Shown here: in pieces, positions 18,401 to 28,828 of the stretch
Numbering within the stretch: the first letter of the stretch is position 1
Layout: each line of letters starts with the position of its first letter
Assembly: GCA_018053845.1 (NCBI GenBank)
Contig: JAGPKU010000001.1
Span: 22,252-86,251 of the forward strand
Direction: 5' to 3'
DNA from: Syntrophobacterales bacterium
GTDB taxonomy: Bacteria > Desulfobacterota > Syntrophia > Syntrophales > UBA2192
Length of the DNA: 64,000 nt
Made by a program: the position numbers and the translations under genes
Notes under the pieces: model-generated
Database searches by the model: none
What the model was told of the DNA's origin: nothing
What the model saw: the letters and a program-made list of their open reading frames with translations, nothing else

Positions 18401-19303
18401 CTCTACCAGCGGCTCCTCGACCGCAACCTCCACCGGGTCCTCAAGGAGTTCTCGCAGCAGTTCACCGAACGCAAGAACCGCGGCAGCTTCAGCCTGCTGA
18501 GCGCCCGCACGATGACGGACATCTCGCTGCTGACGAAATACGCGGCCGGCAAGCTCCCCCTGGAAGACTTCTGGGCGGACTTCGGCGAGGAAGACGGGAA
18601 CGGCTCGCCCATCGACCTCCTGAACGTCGCCTTCGGGCATGCCATCGACGAGCTCTCGCGGCCCATCGACGCCATCCGCCACCAGGCCAAGACGGTGACC
18701 GTCGGCACGAGCCGCAAGGAGGAGATGCCCCGGGGCGTGCTGTTCGACCTGCTGGCCGGCCTCAAGATCACCGCCAAGAACCTGAAGGCCGACAACCTCC
18801 TGGCCCTGGACCGCATCCAGAAGGCCGTCGCCGGTGTCCGGGGGTACACCCTCTACGAGATCGACAACCTCGACGCGGAGGGGCATCCCACCGACGACAC
18901 GACGATCTCCGTCGTGAACCGGGGGGGGATATCCGTCGGGATGGTTTCCCGCACCGAGACGTCGAAGAGCCTCATCGGCACGAAGCGCACGCTCGTCCGG
19001 ACGGGGGAGCTCTACGTGGGACGCGGGCGGGTGGACGGCAGTCCGCTCGTCATCGTCCCCCTGCTCAAGGGGGCCGCGGGCGTCAGAGGGCTGCTGCTGG
19101 CCCACGTGGAATTCCACCCGGCCCTGTCGCCCGAAGACAAGGCGGAGGTCCTGGGCGACCGATACCGCGACATCCGCAACCTGATCAACGAGTACAACCT
19201 CCCCTGGGACGACCGGTATCTCGAGCCCCTTTCCCTGGAATCCCTCTTCGGCGAATCCGTTGAAACCATCGTCGAGCGGATTCGGTTGACACTGAGTGGA
19301 TGA
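15491..19303 (+). CDS. Giant GlmS-like glutamine--fructose-6-phosphate aminotransferase homologue (class II amidotransferase plus two SIS domains, with large insertions; 1270 aa)
   Basis: ATG at 15491, in frame with ORF 14570..19303, whose upstream part overlaps pdxT. Matches to GlmS: CCGIAG (Ntn Cys), RGRDSAGLQV, HTRWASVGSITEANCHP, VVLNGDIDNY, SDTKIIP. SIS1: VTQSGTTTDT...SVASTKAFYSQI. SIS2: VVGSGPNKVSADEIRIKLSELCY. An AKTVTVG tail-like motif is followed by about 210 more residues. Confidence 0.8.
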   Translation: MTVRTLLKTLLSPLARWHLCVGRSPRKAPPHSIILFPADETRLCCGIAGILAVKGAPAPAAVDAGSNLARCFAEIRRAPLSQVIAGRTRPEGYLSGESPLREAERDLLLLKQETPFRTLFFDPGKTSALRALVSETAAFLAAEESLLEAEAGRFTTAQMETITSRLILLKDILWGLEKDLLANIEKILHLAAAERVEEITPESFVKFARVNVLLNAIDRLEVRGRDSAGLQVSLTIRDRETLGRIIEEIRRQGLHDEFRRRSVERDLMNGTILVADHVHADGGIWLSFVYKTASIIGKLGENVCRLREAIRADRVFHAFAREAAISESVFAHTRWASVGSITEANCHPISGYSLCAPGSDGQIPPAGLCSIPEPIAEKLADGSPPGTKFYPAYGPGCWTLSVVLNGDIDNYPMLRSLLESAYGYAIDPEVTSDTKIIPLQVERHLKAGATLEEAFRLAANDFEGSHAIALVSNLEPGKIFLALKGSGQAIFVGLREDQYLFASELYGIVEGTSRFIKMDGEKPRDPDNPDSSGQIFVLDQHSAGGLEGIRALTYDGHPVRLTESMIQKAEITTRDIDRGPFPHFFLKEITESAQSVRKTLRGKYRIEPKKDGKKRVRFNLGRDILPESFVKNLKSKRIRQVFVIGQGTAAVAGQAIADGLALYLKGASVNILAKKATEMSGFFLCEDLSDTLVIAVTQSGTTTDTNRAVAMAAERGATILSIVNRRQSDITTKSHGVFYTSDGRDIEMSVASTKAFYSQIVAGYVLALAFAQILKTRSDEFIAGELATLETTPGLMRQVLEKRDEIRRSAEQTARQKKYWAVVGSGPNKVSADEIRIKLSELCYKTISSDVIEDKKHIDLSSEPLILVCAAGNPETVAGDVVKDTAIFKAHKASVVVFAEEGETRFDRIADSVIRVPRAPMPLPVILNTLAGHLWGYYAASAIDDDAAFFRGFRNELSLAVVEQDRKHYTLYQRLLDRNLHRVLKEFSQQFTERKNRGSFSLLSARTMTDISLLTKYAAGKLPLEDFWADFGEEDGNGSPIDLLNVAFGHAIDELSRPIDAIRHQAKTVTVGTSRKEEMPRGVLFDLLAGLKITAKNLKADNLLALDRIQKAVAGVRGYTLYEIDNLDAEGHPTDDTTISVVNRGGISVGMVSRTETSKSLIGTKRTLVRTGELYVGRGRVDGSPLVIVPLLKGAAGVRGLLLAHVEFHPALSPEDKAEVLGDRYRDIRNLINEYNLPWDDRYLEPLSLESLFGESVETIVERIRLTLSG

Positions 19304-19354
19304 AGAACCATTTCCCCGGCCGGCCTTGCGGAAACGAAAAACCCGTTGACCTTC

Positions 19355-20674
19355 ATGGTTCCGATCGCAGATGATGAAACCGTTGCGTCCGCCGGCAGGG
19401 CGCGACCGGGAGGTCCGGTGGCATTGAAGCCGAGAGCTGAAGCGAAGATCGCTCAACTGCTGAAAAAGGGGGTGGACATCCCCAACCCGCTGACCCTGGA
19501 CATCGGGGATGACGTCCCGATCGACCGGATCTCCGCACGGGGCGTCACCCTCTACCCGGGCTGCAGGATCTACGGGGAGAAGACGGTGATCTCGGCGGGC
19601 TGCAGGATCGGCTACGAGGGCCCGGCGACCGTCGAGAACTGCCGGCTCGGGACCGGCGTGGAGCTCAAGGGCGGTTTCTTCAGCCGGTCCGTCTTCCTGG
19701 GAAAGGCCAGCATGGGCCTGGGCGCCCACGTCCGCGAAGGCTCCATCCTCGAAGAGGAAGCCGGGGGCGCCCACTGCGTCGGCCTGAAGCAGACCATCCT
19801 GTTCCCGTTCGTGACGCTGGGGAGCCTGATCAACTTCTGCGACTGCCTGATGGCGGGGGGCACGAGCCGCCGGAATCACAGCGAGGTCGGCAGCTCCTAC
19901 ATCCACTTCAACTTCACGCCCGACGCCGACAAGGCGACGCCCTCCCTGATCGGCGACGTGCCGCGGGGCGTCATGCTGAACCAGCCCCCGATTTTTCTGG
20001 GCGGCCAGGGGGGCCTCGTCGGCCCGTTGCGGCTGGGATACGGCAATGTCGTGGCGGCCGGATGCGTGCTGAGACACGATCACCCGGAAGGCAACCGGCT
20101 GATCCGCGAGGCCGACGCCGCCGCGGGCGAGAGAGATTTCGTGCCGGGGGCATACCCCCGCTTCGGGCGCATCGTGGAGAACAACCTGCTCTACCTGGCC
20201 AATCTGGCGGCCCTGGAGGCGTGGTACCGCGACGTGCGGAAGCCCTTCCTGGAGGCTCAGGAATTCGGCGCGCTCCTCTATGCCGGCGTCATGGAGCAGC
20301 TGGCCGCGGCCCGAACGGAGCGCCTCGAGCGGCTCGAGGCCATGGCGGAAAAGGCCGCCTCCGCCGTCACCTCGGGCCGGCCCGCGAAAGCGGCCCGAGC
20401 CAGGCGGGAATTCCATGCGCGCTTCGAGGCCGTCGAGGCCGCCCTCCGGGAGCCGGTGCCGGGCGACGAGACGGAACGATCCCGAGAGGCATTCCTCGAG
20501 GCCTTTCAGCGCGCGGCGGGCCGGGACCGCTCGAATTACATCGCGGCGATCCAGGGCCTCCCGGCGGAGGTCTCTTCAATAGGCGTTCGATGGCTCGGCC
20601 GCCTGGTCGATGACCTCTGCGCAGGGGCCGCCGCGGCGGTGCCGTCCCTGGGGTTGTTCAACGATCCGGCATGA
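19355..20674 (+). CDS. Left-handed beta-helix (LbH) protein, GlmU C-terminal-like acyl/acetyltransferase without a nucleotidyltransferase domain
   Basis: Hexapeptide-type periodicity: GVTLYPGCRIYGEKTVISAGCRIG...VENCRLGTGVELKGGFF...LGKASMGLGAHVREGSIL. The C-terminal ~170 aa are helical. The start is ambiguous (TTG 19346 or ATG 19355). Confidence 0.65.
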   Translation: MVPIADDETVASAGRARPGGPVALKPRAEAKIAQLLKKGVDIPNPLTLDIGDDVPIDRISARGVTLYPGCRIYGEKTVISAGCRIGYEGPATVENCRLGTGVELKGGFFSRSVFLGKASMGLGAHVREGSILEEEAGGAHCVGLKQTILFPFVTLGSLINFCDCLMAGGTSRRNHSEVGSSYIHFNFTPDADKATPSLIGDVPRGVMLNQPPIFLGGQGGLVGPLRLGYGNVVAAGCVLRHDHPEGNRLIREADAAAGERDFVPGAYPRFGRIVENNLLYLANLAALEAWYRDVRKPFLEAQEFGALLYAGVMEQLAAARTERLERLEAMAEKAASAVTSGRPAKAARARREFHARFEAVEAALREPVPGDETERSREAFLEAFQRAAGRDRSNYIAAIQGLPAEVSSIGVRWLGRLVDDLCAGAAAAVPSLGLFNDPA

Positions 20675-20698
20675 ATCACAGGACGAACGAGATTGCGG

Positions 20699-22075
20699 AT
20701 GGGTAAGCTGTTCGGGACAGACGGGATCCGGGGAGAGGCGAACCGGTATCCCATGAACGCGGAGACCGCCTTCGCGGTCGGTCAGGCCGTGGCGCACGTG
20801 TTCAAGAAGGACGGGCACCGCGCCCGGGTGATCATCGGCAAGGACACCCGGATTTCCGGGTACATGCTGGAAAGCTCCCTCGAGGCGGGAATCACCTCCA
20901 TGGGCGGGCACCCGTACCTGGTGGGCGTGCTGCCGACCCCCGGGATCGCCTTCATCACCCAGAGCATGCGCGCCGATGCCGGCGTCGTGATCTCCGCATC
21001 CCACAACCCCTTCCAGGACAACGGCCTGAAGATCTTCGGGGGCAACGGGTACAAGCTGACCGACGCCGAGGAGGAGCACATCGAAGAGCTCATCCTCAAC
21101 AAGAAGCTCACCGACCTGCTGCCCACGGCGAAGGGCATGGGGAAGGCCTTTCGCATCGACGACGTCCACGGCCGCTACATCGTGTTCCTGAAAAACACCT
21201 TTCCGCGCCGGCTCTCCATGGAGGGGATGAAGATCGTGATGGACACGGCCAACGGCGCCGCCTACCGGGTCGCCCCCGAGGCCTTCATCGAGCTGGGCGC
21301 CGACGTGGAGGTGATCCACAACACGCCCAACGGCATCAACATCAACGACCGGTGCGGCTCCCAGCACACGGCGGACCTGCGGAAAAAGGTGGTGGAGTCC
21401 GGGGCGGCCGTCGGCCTGGCCTTTGACGGGGACGGAGACCGCCTCATCGCCGTCGATGAAAAGGGCAGGGAGATCACGGGCGACCAGGTCCTCGTCATTT
21501 GCGCCGACCGGCTCAAGAAAGAAGGGAAGTTGAAGAACGACCTCCTCGTCACCACCGTGATGAGCAACCTGGGCCTGAGGGTCGCCTGCCGGAAGTACGG
21601 ATTCCGGCACCACGCCTCCCAGGTGGGGGACCGTTACGTTCTGGAGGACATGCTGCGCCTCGGGGCCGTCATCGGCGGCGAGGACGCGGGGCACATGATC
21701 TTCCTGGAGCATCACACGACGGGCGACGGCATCATCGCCGCCATGCAGCTGGTGGCCGCGATGGTCCGGGAGGGGAAGCCCCTGTCCGAGATGGCCGCCA
21801 TGATGGACATCTACCCGCAGAAACTGATCAACGTGGACGTGCAGCGCAAGCCCGCGATCGAGACCGTCCCCCGGCTCATGGAGGCCATCCGGCAGGCGGA
21901 GCGCGAGCTCGGCGACGAGGGGCGCGTCCTGGTCCGTTACTCCGGAACCCAGCAGATGTGCCGGGTGATGGTGGAGGGGCCGTCCGCCGAGGTCACGGAA
22001 AAGTACTGCACCCGGATCGCCGACATCGTACGCAGCGAACTCGGCGGAACGACCGGAGAGGAGGGAGCCGGGTAA
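20699..22075 (+). CDS. glmM: Phosphoglucosamine mutase
   Basis: MGKLFGTDGIRG, VISASHNPFQDNGLK (phosphoserine loop), FDGDGDR, GGEDAGH. The start is ATG 20699 or TTG 20693. Confidence 0.92.
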   Translation: MGKLFGTDGIRGEANRYPMNAETAFAVGQAVAHVFKKDGHRARVIIGKDTRISGYMLESSLEAGITSMGGHPYLVGVLPTPGIAFITQSMRADAGVVISASHNPFQDNGLKIFGGNGYKLTDAEEEHIEELILNKKLTDLLPTAKGMGKAFRIDDVHGRYIVFLKNTFPRRLSMEGMKIVMDTANGAAYRVAPEAFIELGADVEVIHNTPNGININDRCGSQHTADLRKKVVESGAAVGLAFDGDGDRLIAVDEKGREITGDQVLVICADRLKKEGKLKNDLLVTTVMSNLGLRVACRKYGFRHHASQVGDRYVLEDMLRLGAVIGGEDAGHMIFLEHHTTGDGIIAAMQLVAAMVREGKPLSEMAAMMDIYPQKLINVDVQRKPAIETVPRLMEAIRQAERELGDEGRVLVRYSGTQQMCRVMVEGPSAEVTEKYCTRIADIVRSELGGTTGEEGAG

Positions 22076-22189
22076 GGACAAGGGCAGGGCGAAGCTCCCC
22101 GCCCCCGGGGCGCGTCCGCCCGGTGCTCCCGTCGAGTGCATCGCCCCCGGCTCCGCAAGACCCAGAACCCCGGCAAGGAGAGATCCCCC

Positions 22190-23728
22190 ATGATCGCCAT
22201 TCTCGATTTCGGATCCCAGTACAACCAGCTCATCGCCCGGCGCGTCCGCGAGTGCCGGGTCTACTGCGAGATCCTGCCCCACGACATCTCTCCTGAAACG
22301 CTGAGAGCGAAGCCGGTGGAAGGAATCATCCTCTCCGGGGGGCCCGCCAGCATCTTCGACCGGGGCGTCCCGACCTGCGATGCGGGGATCTTCGAGATGG
22401 ACGTCCCCGTCCTCGGGATCTGTTACGGCGTGCAGCTCATGGCGCACACGCTGGGCGGGACGGTCACGGCCTCGCCGCTGCGCGAGTACGGGCCCGCCGA
22501 GCTCGAGCTCAACGACCGGGGGAAGCGGTCCCTGCTGTTCGCCGGCCTCGAGGGGCGCCAGCGGATCTGGATGAGCCACGGCGACCGGGTCACGAAGCTG
22601 CCGAAGGGGTTCAGCGTGACCGGCACGACGGCCAACTGCCCCGTGGCCGTCATGGAGAACCCCGGGCGCAGGCTCTACGGCGTGCAGTTCCACCCCGAAG
22701 TGCACCACACGGTCAACGGCATCGCCCTCATCCAGAACTTCCTGTTCCGCATCTGCGGCTGCCGCCCCACGTGGACCATGGGCTCCTTCATCGAGGAGAA
22801 CGTCCGGCGCATCCGCGAGCAGGTGGGCGACGAGCGCGTGCTCTGCGCCCTCTCGGGCGGCGTGGACTCGTCGGTGCTGGCCGTGCTCCTCCACAAGGCC
22901 ATCGGGAAGCGGCTCGTCTCCATCTTCGTCGACAACGGCCTGCTGCGGGAAAACGAGGTGGAGGAGGTCGTCTCCACCTTCCGGGACCAGTACCACCTGA
23001 ACTTCCGTCTCGTGCGGGCGGGCGAGCGCTTCCTCAAGAGGCTCGCCGGCGTCGCCGACCCCGAGCGCAAGCGCAAGATCATCGGCCGTGAGTTCATCGC
23101 CGTCTTCGAGGAGGAGGCGAAAAAGCTGGGACGCGTCCGTTATCTCGCCCAGGGGACCCTCTACCCCGACGTCATCGAGAGCACCTCCTCCTTCGGCGGG
23201 CCCTCGGTGGTCATCAAGAGCCATCACAACGTGGGCGGCCTGCCGGCGAGGCTCAAGATGTCGCTCGTCGAGCCGCTGCGGGTTCTCTTCAAGGACGAGG
23301 TCCGGGAGCTGGGCCGCGAGCTGGGCCTGCCCGAGTCCCTCGTGGGGCGTCACCCCTTCCCGGGTCCGGGGCTGGCGGTGCGCATCCTCGGCCCCGTCAC
23401 GAAGGAGAAGCTCGCCGTCGTGCGCCGCGCCGACGCCATCCTGCGCGAGGAGGTCTGGAAGGCCGGCCTCTTCAACCACGTCTGGCAGGAGCTGGCGGTG
23501 CTGCTGCCCGTCAAGACCGTCGGGGTCATGGGCGACGGGCGGACCTACGAGAACGTGATCGCCCTGCGGGCCGTCACGAGCACCGACGGGATGACGGCCG
23601 ACTGGGTGAGGTTCCCCCACGACGTGCTCGAGAAGATCTCGAGCCGCATCGTCAACGAGGTCAAGGGCGTCAACCGCGTCGTCTACGACGTGAGCACCAA
23701 GCCGCCCAGCACGATCGAGTGGGAGTGA
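22190..23728 (+). CDS. guaA: GMP synthase (glutamine-hydrolysing)
   Basis: ATG at 22190. Motifs: [39 protein letters not shown] (PP-loop), and a C-terminus ending PPSTIEWE. Confidence 0.95.
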   Translation: MIAILDFGSQYNQLIARRVRECRVYCEILPHDISPETLRAKPVEGIILSGGPASIFDRGVPTCDAGIFEMDVPVLGICYGVQLMAHTLGGTVTASPLREYGPAELELNDRGKRSLLFAGLEGRQRIWMSHGDRVTKLPKGFSVTGTTANCPVAVMENPGRRLYGVQFHPEVHHTVNGIALIQNFLFRICGCRPTWTMGSFIEENVRRIREQVGDERVLCALSGGVDSSVLAVLLHKAIGKRLVSIFVDNGLLRENEVEEVVSTFRDQYHLNFRLVRAGERFLKRLAGVADPERKRKIIGREFIAVFEEEAKKLGRVRYLAQGTLYPDVIESTSSFGGPSVVIKSHHNVGGLPARLKMSLVEPLRVLFKDEVRELGRELGLPESLVGRHPFPGPGLAVRILGPVTKEKLAVVRRADAILREEVWKAGLFNHVWQELAVLLPVKTVGVMGDGRTYENVIALRAVTSTDGMTADWVRFPHDVLEKISSRIVNEVKGVNRVVYDVSTKPPSTIEWE

Positions 23729-23884
23729 CGGACCGCCGAAGGACACAGCGGTCTGCGTTATGAGAGTTGAGTGTTGAATAAGGATGGATCGATGCAGGCG
23801 AAAAGAATGAATCCGAACCTTCAATACGAAATTCAAAACTCATCACTTGACAGGGTCCGCTGAAGCGGACACAGATAGACCTGA

Positions 23885-25531
<1,647 letters not shown>

Positions 25532-25532
25532 T

Positions 25533-25636
25533 AGAGGACAGGGTCCAGGGTACGAACGACAGGGGATAGGGGACAGGGCAGAAACGACGAGGTTCAGACG
25601 CCAAGGTACAGGGTCCAGGGAAGACAAGGCATAAGA
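25533..25636. repeat. AGG-phased low-complexity tract with 13-nt direct repeat (family E)
   Basis: ACAGGGTCCAGGG at 25538-25550 and 25608-25620, directly after the pyrG stop and before its terminator. Confidence 0.7.
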
Positions 25637-25637
25637 A

Positions 25638-25682
25638 AGAGGGCAGGGCCGGAATTCGGCTCTGCCCTCTTCTGCGTTTTTT
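25638..25682 (+). terminator. Rho-independent terminator after pyrG
   Basis: AGAGGGCAG-N15-CTGCCCTCT followed by TCTGCGTTTTTT. Confidence 0.75.
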
Positions 25683-25703
25683 GGTCACGGGCCTGGAAAA
25701 GAC

Positions 25704-25805
25704 GGAAGTCAGGAAGCTGGGAAGTTGTGAAGAGCGGAATGGAAGGTAGAACTTCTTGTCCGCTCTTCCTCACTTCTGCTCTTCCGCTCTTCGCAAGCTT
25801 CCTGT
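25704..25805. repeat. Heptad hairpin element, family D
   Basis: GGAAGTCAGGAAGCTGGGAAGTTGTGAAGAGCGG faces CCGCTCTTCCTCACTTCTGCTCTTCCGCTCTTCGCAAGCTTCC. 25704-25718 is the reverse complement of AGCTTCCTGACTTCC at 47444-47458. It overlaps the 3' end of ORF 25709..26305. Confidence 0.8.
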
Positions 25806-26305
25806 TCACAGGCGAACGCAGAGCCATCAGCCTGTTGCCCGGTAAGCCTTGGTGAATCGACCTGGTGTGCTTCCAGGGACATCGCCTTCTCCAGCGAGTT
25901 GAAGAAGTTCTGATAGGGCTTGGCCTCCGTGACGGGGCTCCGCTGGTATTCCGCGCTGGCCCGCACGAGGAGTTGCCTCTCGCCCCGGGGCCGCACCGTC
26001 ACGGTGATTCTCAGGCTGGCATAGACCTGCATCTGCATGGAATCGGCCCGCGCCTTGCTGGCTGTGACGACGCCGAGGGTGGAGTCGGCCCGGTCGAGCA
26101 TGAAGCCGAGATCCTGCAGGGTGGCGATGATGGCCCGCATCGTCTTCTCCTTGTCCGCCGTGTCGAGGCGCCTCGTCTGCATCTGCCTCCGGGCGAACAT
26201 TTCCGGCGTCAGGTTCAAGTCCCTGTCGAGCGTGACGGCGTAACACCCCGTCATCAGCAGCAGTGCCGCCAGAGCAGCGCACCCGAAGCGAAAAGGCAGC
26301 CTCAT
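25709..26305 (-). CDS. Lipoprotein, function unknown
   Basis: Signal peptide with a lipobox (ALLLMTGC). The last ~30 codons and the stop lie inside repeat family D, so the true C-terminus is uncertain. Confidence 0.55.
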   Translation of the reverse strand: MRLPFRFGCAALAALLLMTGCYAVTLDRDLNLTPEMFARRQMQTRRLDTADKEKTMRAIIATLQDLGFMLDRADSTLGVVTASKARADSMQMQVYASLRITVTVRPRGERQLLVRASAEYQRSPVTEAKPYQNFFNSLEKAMSLEAHQVDSPRLTGQQADGSAFACEQEACEERKSRSEEERTRSSTFHSALHNFPAS

Positions 26306-26310
26306 GGGAA

Positions 26311-26745
26311 TCAGAACGTAGAAGACCGGTAGGCGAAGTCGCGCACCTTCTTCTGCTCGTCGAACTTGACGATCACCGTGAGAGACTTCTGCGTCGAGGA
26401 GCTGGCGCCCGAACTCTGCCCGGCCAGGCCGCCTCCCCCGCCGGAGCCGCCCGTGAGGATGCCGAGGATCAGGGCCGAACTCGACGAGTAGACGTTCTCC
26501 GTCGAGATCCGGTCGCAGACCCAGACCTCCCTGCCCTTCTCGTCCGTCGTGAAGACGTTCGGGGAGCCGAGGGCCTCCACCACCTGGGCGCCCGACATCC
26601 CCACGCGGATCTCGCGCTGCACCGTCCCGACGGTGAGCTTGTCGCCCTCGCGGGCCTTCTGCACGTCCGCCGCGTGCATGGAAGCACAGCCTGTCAGCAG
26701 GGCAATCGACAGAACGATCAGCACAGCCGGATTCCCGTGTCGCAT
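26311..26745 (-). CDS. Lipoprotein with BamE/SmpA_OmlA-like domain and Gly/Ser-rich linker
   Basis: Internal start MRHGNPAVLIVLSIALLTGC (ATG 26745, GGAGG upstream). REIRVGMSGAQVVEALGSPN is BamE-like. Confidence 0.6.
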   Translation of the reverse strand: MRHGNPAVLIVLSIALLTGCASMHAADVQKAREGDKLTVGTVQREIRVGMSGAQVVEALGSPNVFTTDEKGREVWVCDRISTENVYSSSSALILGILTGGSGGGGGLAGQSSGASSSTQKSLTVIVKFDEQKKVRDFAYRSSTF

Positions 26746-26911
26746 GGTTCCTCCCCTGGTGCGGCGTCCCGTCATCCGGGACGACCGGCCGTTTGGGGCT
26801 GTTTTGACTCCGGACGTTTTTTGTCAGGACCTTTTGCGGGATGCCGCAAATTCCCTGTGGCCCCCCGGGCCCGCTGCGTATAAAATATGAGAAAAGCCGC
26901 CCGGAGATGCC

Positions 26912-27205
26912 ATGAAGGCGCCCCCCTGTGCATTCAGCGAGATGGTCGGCAAGATCCAGGTGCTGACCCTGGAGGTGCGGACGGCACTGTCCGCGGAAGA
27001 GCTCGACGCACGGATGAGAGCCTGCTTCGGGGCCGGGGGCCTCGGGCTGAACCTCGAGGAGGAACCGACCGACCGCCTAACCTTCACGGGCGGCGGGGGG
27101 CACGTGTCGGCGACTTTACGCCCGGATGGCGGGGGGACGCTTTTGCGGATCGTGACAAGCGGGTGGGCCGTCCAGGTGAAGCGATTCGTCAACGAGCTGC
27201 CCTGA
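26912..27205 (+). CDS. Hypothetical small protein (97 aa)
   Basis: GC3-rich open frame with no recognisable motifs. The start may instead be the internal Met at 26942. Confidence 0.4.
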   Translation: MKAPPCAFSEMVGKIQVLTLEVRTALSAEELDARMRACFGAGGLGLNLEEEPTDRLTFTGGGGHVSATLRPDGGGTLLRIVTSGWAVQVKRFVNELP

Positions 27206-27281
27206 ACCGCCGTCCGCCCCGGGGCACGGGGATCCTCCCGCGAGCGGGGACGGGGGCGAAAAAAGACAGGAGGGAACGGTG

Positions 27282-27689
27282 ATGAAGATTCGAACCGGGT
27301 TGTCGCTCTGCGCGGCTGGGCTGGCCCTCTGCACATTCGCGGCCCTGACGCCCGCCTCCGGGCAGGACCTGCAGAAGACCATGACCTACGACGGCTACGC
27401 CGCCCTGCCGAAGCTCGAGATCGTGACCGAGGAGGTCGGGGGCACCTTCGCGGCGGCCCGGATCGAGCACGTCTCTCTCAAGGACGTGGAGGGCATCGAC
27501 CGCTACCACTTGACGGGCATCACCGCCAAGGGCAGGGCGTCGGGCATGAAGCCCCTCGTGCAGGACGACAAGAAGGTCCGCCTCGCTGCGAAGGGCCTGA
27601 TGGCCCGGCTGTGCGGAAAGAAAAAGCCCGTTGTGGAATCGGACCTGCTCTACCCCGACCACTTCACGACGCAGTTCCGGTGCCGGTAG
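27282..27689 (+). CDS. Hypothetical secreted protein (135 aa)
   Basis: aggaggga lies 6 nt before ATG 27282. N-terminal signal peptide MKIRTGLSLCAAGLALCTFAALTPASG. GC3-rich codons. Confidence 0.55.
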   Translation: MKIRTGLSLCAAGLALCTFAALTPASGQDLQKTMTYDGYAALPKLEIVTEEVGGTFAAARIEHVSLKDVEGIDRYHLTGITAKGRASGMKPLVQDDKKVRLAAKGLMARLCGKKKPVVESDLLYPDHFTTQFRCR

Positions 27690-27716
27690 AAACCCGGATC
27701 GGATCCATGACGCTCC

Positions 27717-27744
27717 GGGATCGGGCAGTCACCTGCCCGATCCC
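27717..27744. terminator. Perfect 12-bp stem hairpin between convergent genes (no U-tract)
   Basis: GGGATCGGGCAG-tcac-CTGCCCGATCCC, between stop 27689 (+) and stop 27765 (-). Confidence 0.4.
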
Positions 27745-27764
27745 TACACCCCGCCCCCCGTCTT

Positions 27765-28766
27765 TCAGGCCCTCAGGCCGACGACGAGACGCCCGCGGAT
27801 TTTGCCGGCCAGCAGATCGACCGCGTACTTCGGAACGTCACCGAGCGGGATGATCCCCGGCGTGATCTTTTCGAGCGCGGCGGCCGGAAGGTCCCTGACC
27901 AGCCGCGACCAGGCCGCCTTGCGGCGCGGGATCGGGCACATGACGGAGTCGACGCCGCGAAGGCTCACGGCTCTCAGGATGAAAGGCATGACCGTCGTCG
28001 GCAGATCGGAGCTTCCTGCGAGGCCGCAGCTCGCCACGCAGCCCCCGTAGTTCATCTCGGCCAGCACCCGGGCGAGGACCCTGCCCCCCACCGTGTCGAT
28101 CGCGCCGGCCCATCGCTGGGCCTCCAGCGGCCGGGGCGTTTCCGCCCACTCCGGCCCTGCGACGAAGTCCGTGGCGCCGAGATCCTGCAAATACTCGTGC
28201 GTGTCCTCCTGGCCGGGGGCCGTCAGCACGGCGACCCGGTATCCCAGGTTGGCCAGGACCGCCACGGCCACGCTCCCCACACCGCCCGCCGCCCCCGTCA
28301 CGAGGACCGTTCCCCCGCCGGGCTTGACCCCCGCCTCCTCGAGCGTCATGACGCAGAGCATGGCCGTGAAGCCGGCCGTCCCGATGGCCATGGCCCCATG
28401 CGTGCTCAAGCCTTCGGGCAGCGGGACGAGCCAGTTGGACTTCACGCGGGCCCTCTGGGTGTAGCCGCCCCAGTGGCGCTCCCCCACGCTCCAGCCCGTC
28501 AGGACGACCCGGTCGCCCTCCTTGTAGAAGGGCGACTTCGACTCCAGGACGGTGCCCGCCAAATCGATGCCCGGCACCATGGGGTACTCGCGGACGATCT
28601 TGCCCGTTCCGGTGACGGCCATGGCGTCCTTGTAATTCAAAGACGAATACTCGACGGCCACGAGCACGTCGCCCTCGGGCAGATCGTCCGCCGTGAGCTG
28701 CTCGACGGCATGCCGGACCGTTTCGCCATCCTGCCTCAGCACCAGCGCCTTGAACGTGTCGGCCAT
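27765..28766 (-). CDS. YhdH/AcuI-family NADPH-dependent (acrylyl-CoA/quinone) oxidoreductase, MDR superfamily
   Basis: MADTFKALVL...VEYSSLNYKDAMAVTG...PMVPGIDLAG...VLVTGAAGGVGS, with a C-terminus ending GRLVV. This is the typical YhdH subfamily layout. Confidence 0.8.
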   Translation of the reverse strand: MADTFKALVLRQDGETVRHAVEQLTADDLPEGDVLVAVEYSSLNYKDAMAVTGTGKIVREYPMVPGIDLAGTVLESKSPFYKEGDRVVLTGWSVGERHWGGYTQRARVKSNWLVPLPEGLSTHGAMAIGTAGFTAMLCVMTLEEAGVKPGGGTVLVTGAAGGVGSVAVAVLANLGYRVAVLTAPGQEDTHEYLQDLGATDFVAGPEWAETPRPLEAQRWAGAIDTVGGRVLARVLAEMNYGGCVASCGLAGSSDLPTTVMPFILRAVSLRGVDSVMCPIPRRKAAWSRLVRDLPAAALEKITPGIIPLGDVPKYAVDLLAGKIRGRLVVGLRA

Positions 28767-28794
28767 CGTCTTTCTCCCCCCACTCGTTCCCTTT

Positions 28795-28828
28795 ACCTGT
28801 TACCTGTTACCTGTTACCTGTCACCTCC
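28795..28828. repeat. Tandem heptads (ACCTGTT x3, ACCTGTC, ACCTCC), family A, single arm
   Basis: Fills most of the 63-nt purQ-acuI spacer. On the mRNA strand it reads GGAGGT GACAGGT AACAGGT AACAGGT AACAGGT. Confidence 0.85.

Noticed and set aside
15266-20416. 1716-aa minus-strand ORF
   Set aside because: It is antisense to the GlmS-like and LbH genes. Its composition is Arg/Gly/Asp/Val-rich without motifs, whereas the plus frames carry canonical GlmS/SIS signatures.
20576-23836. 1086-aa minus-strand ORF
   Set aside because: It is an antisense shadow of glmM and guaA, both of which are unambiguous.
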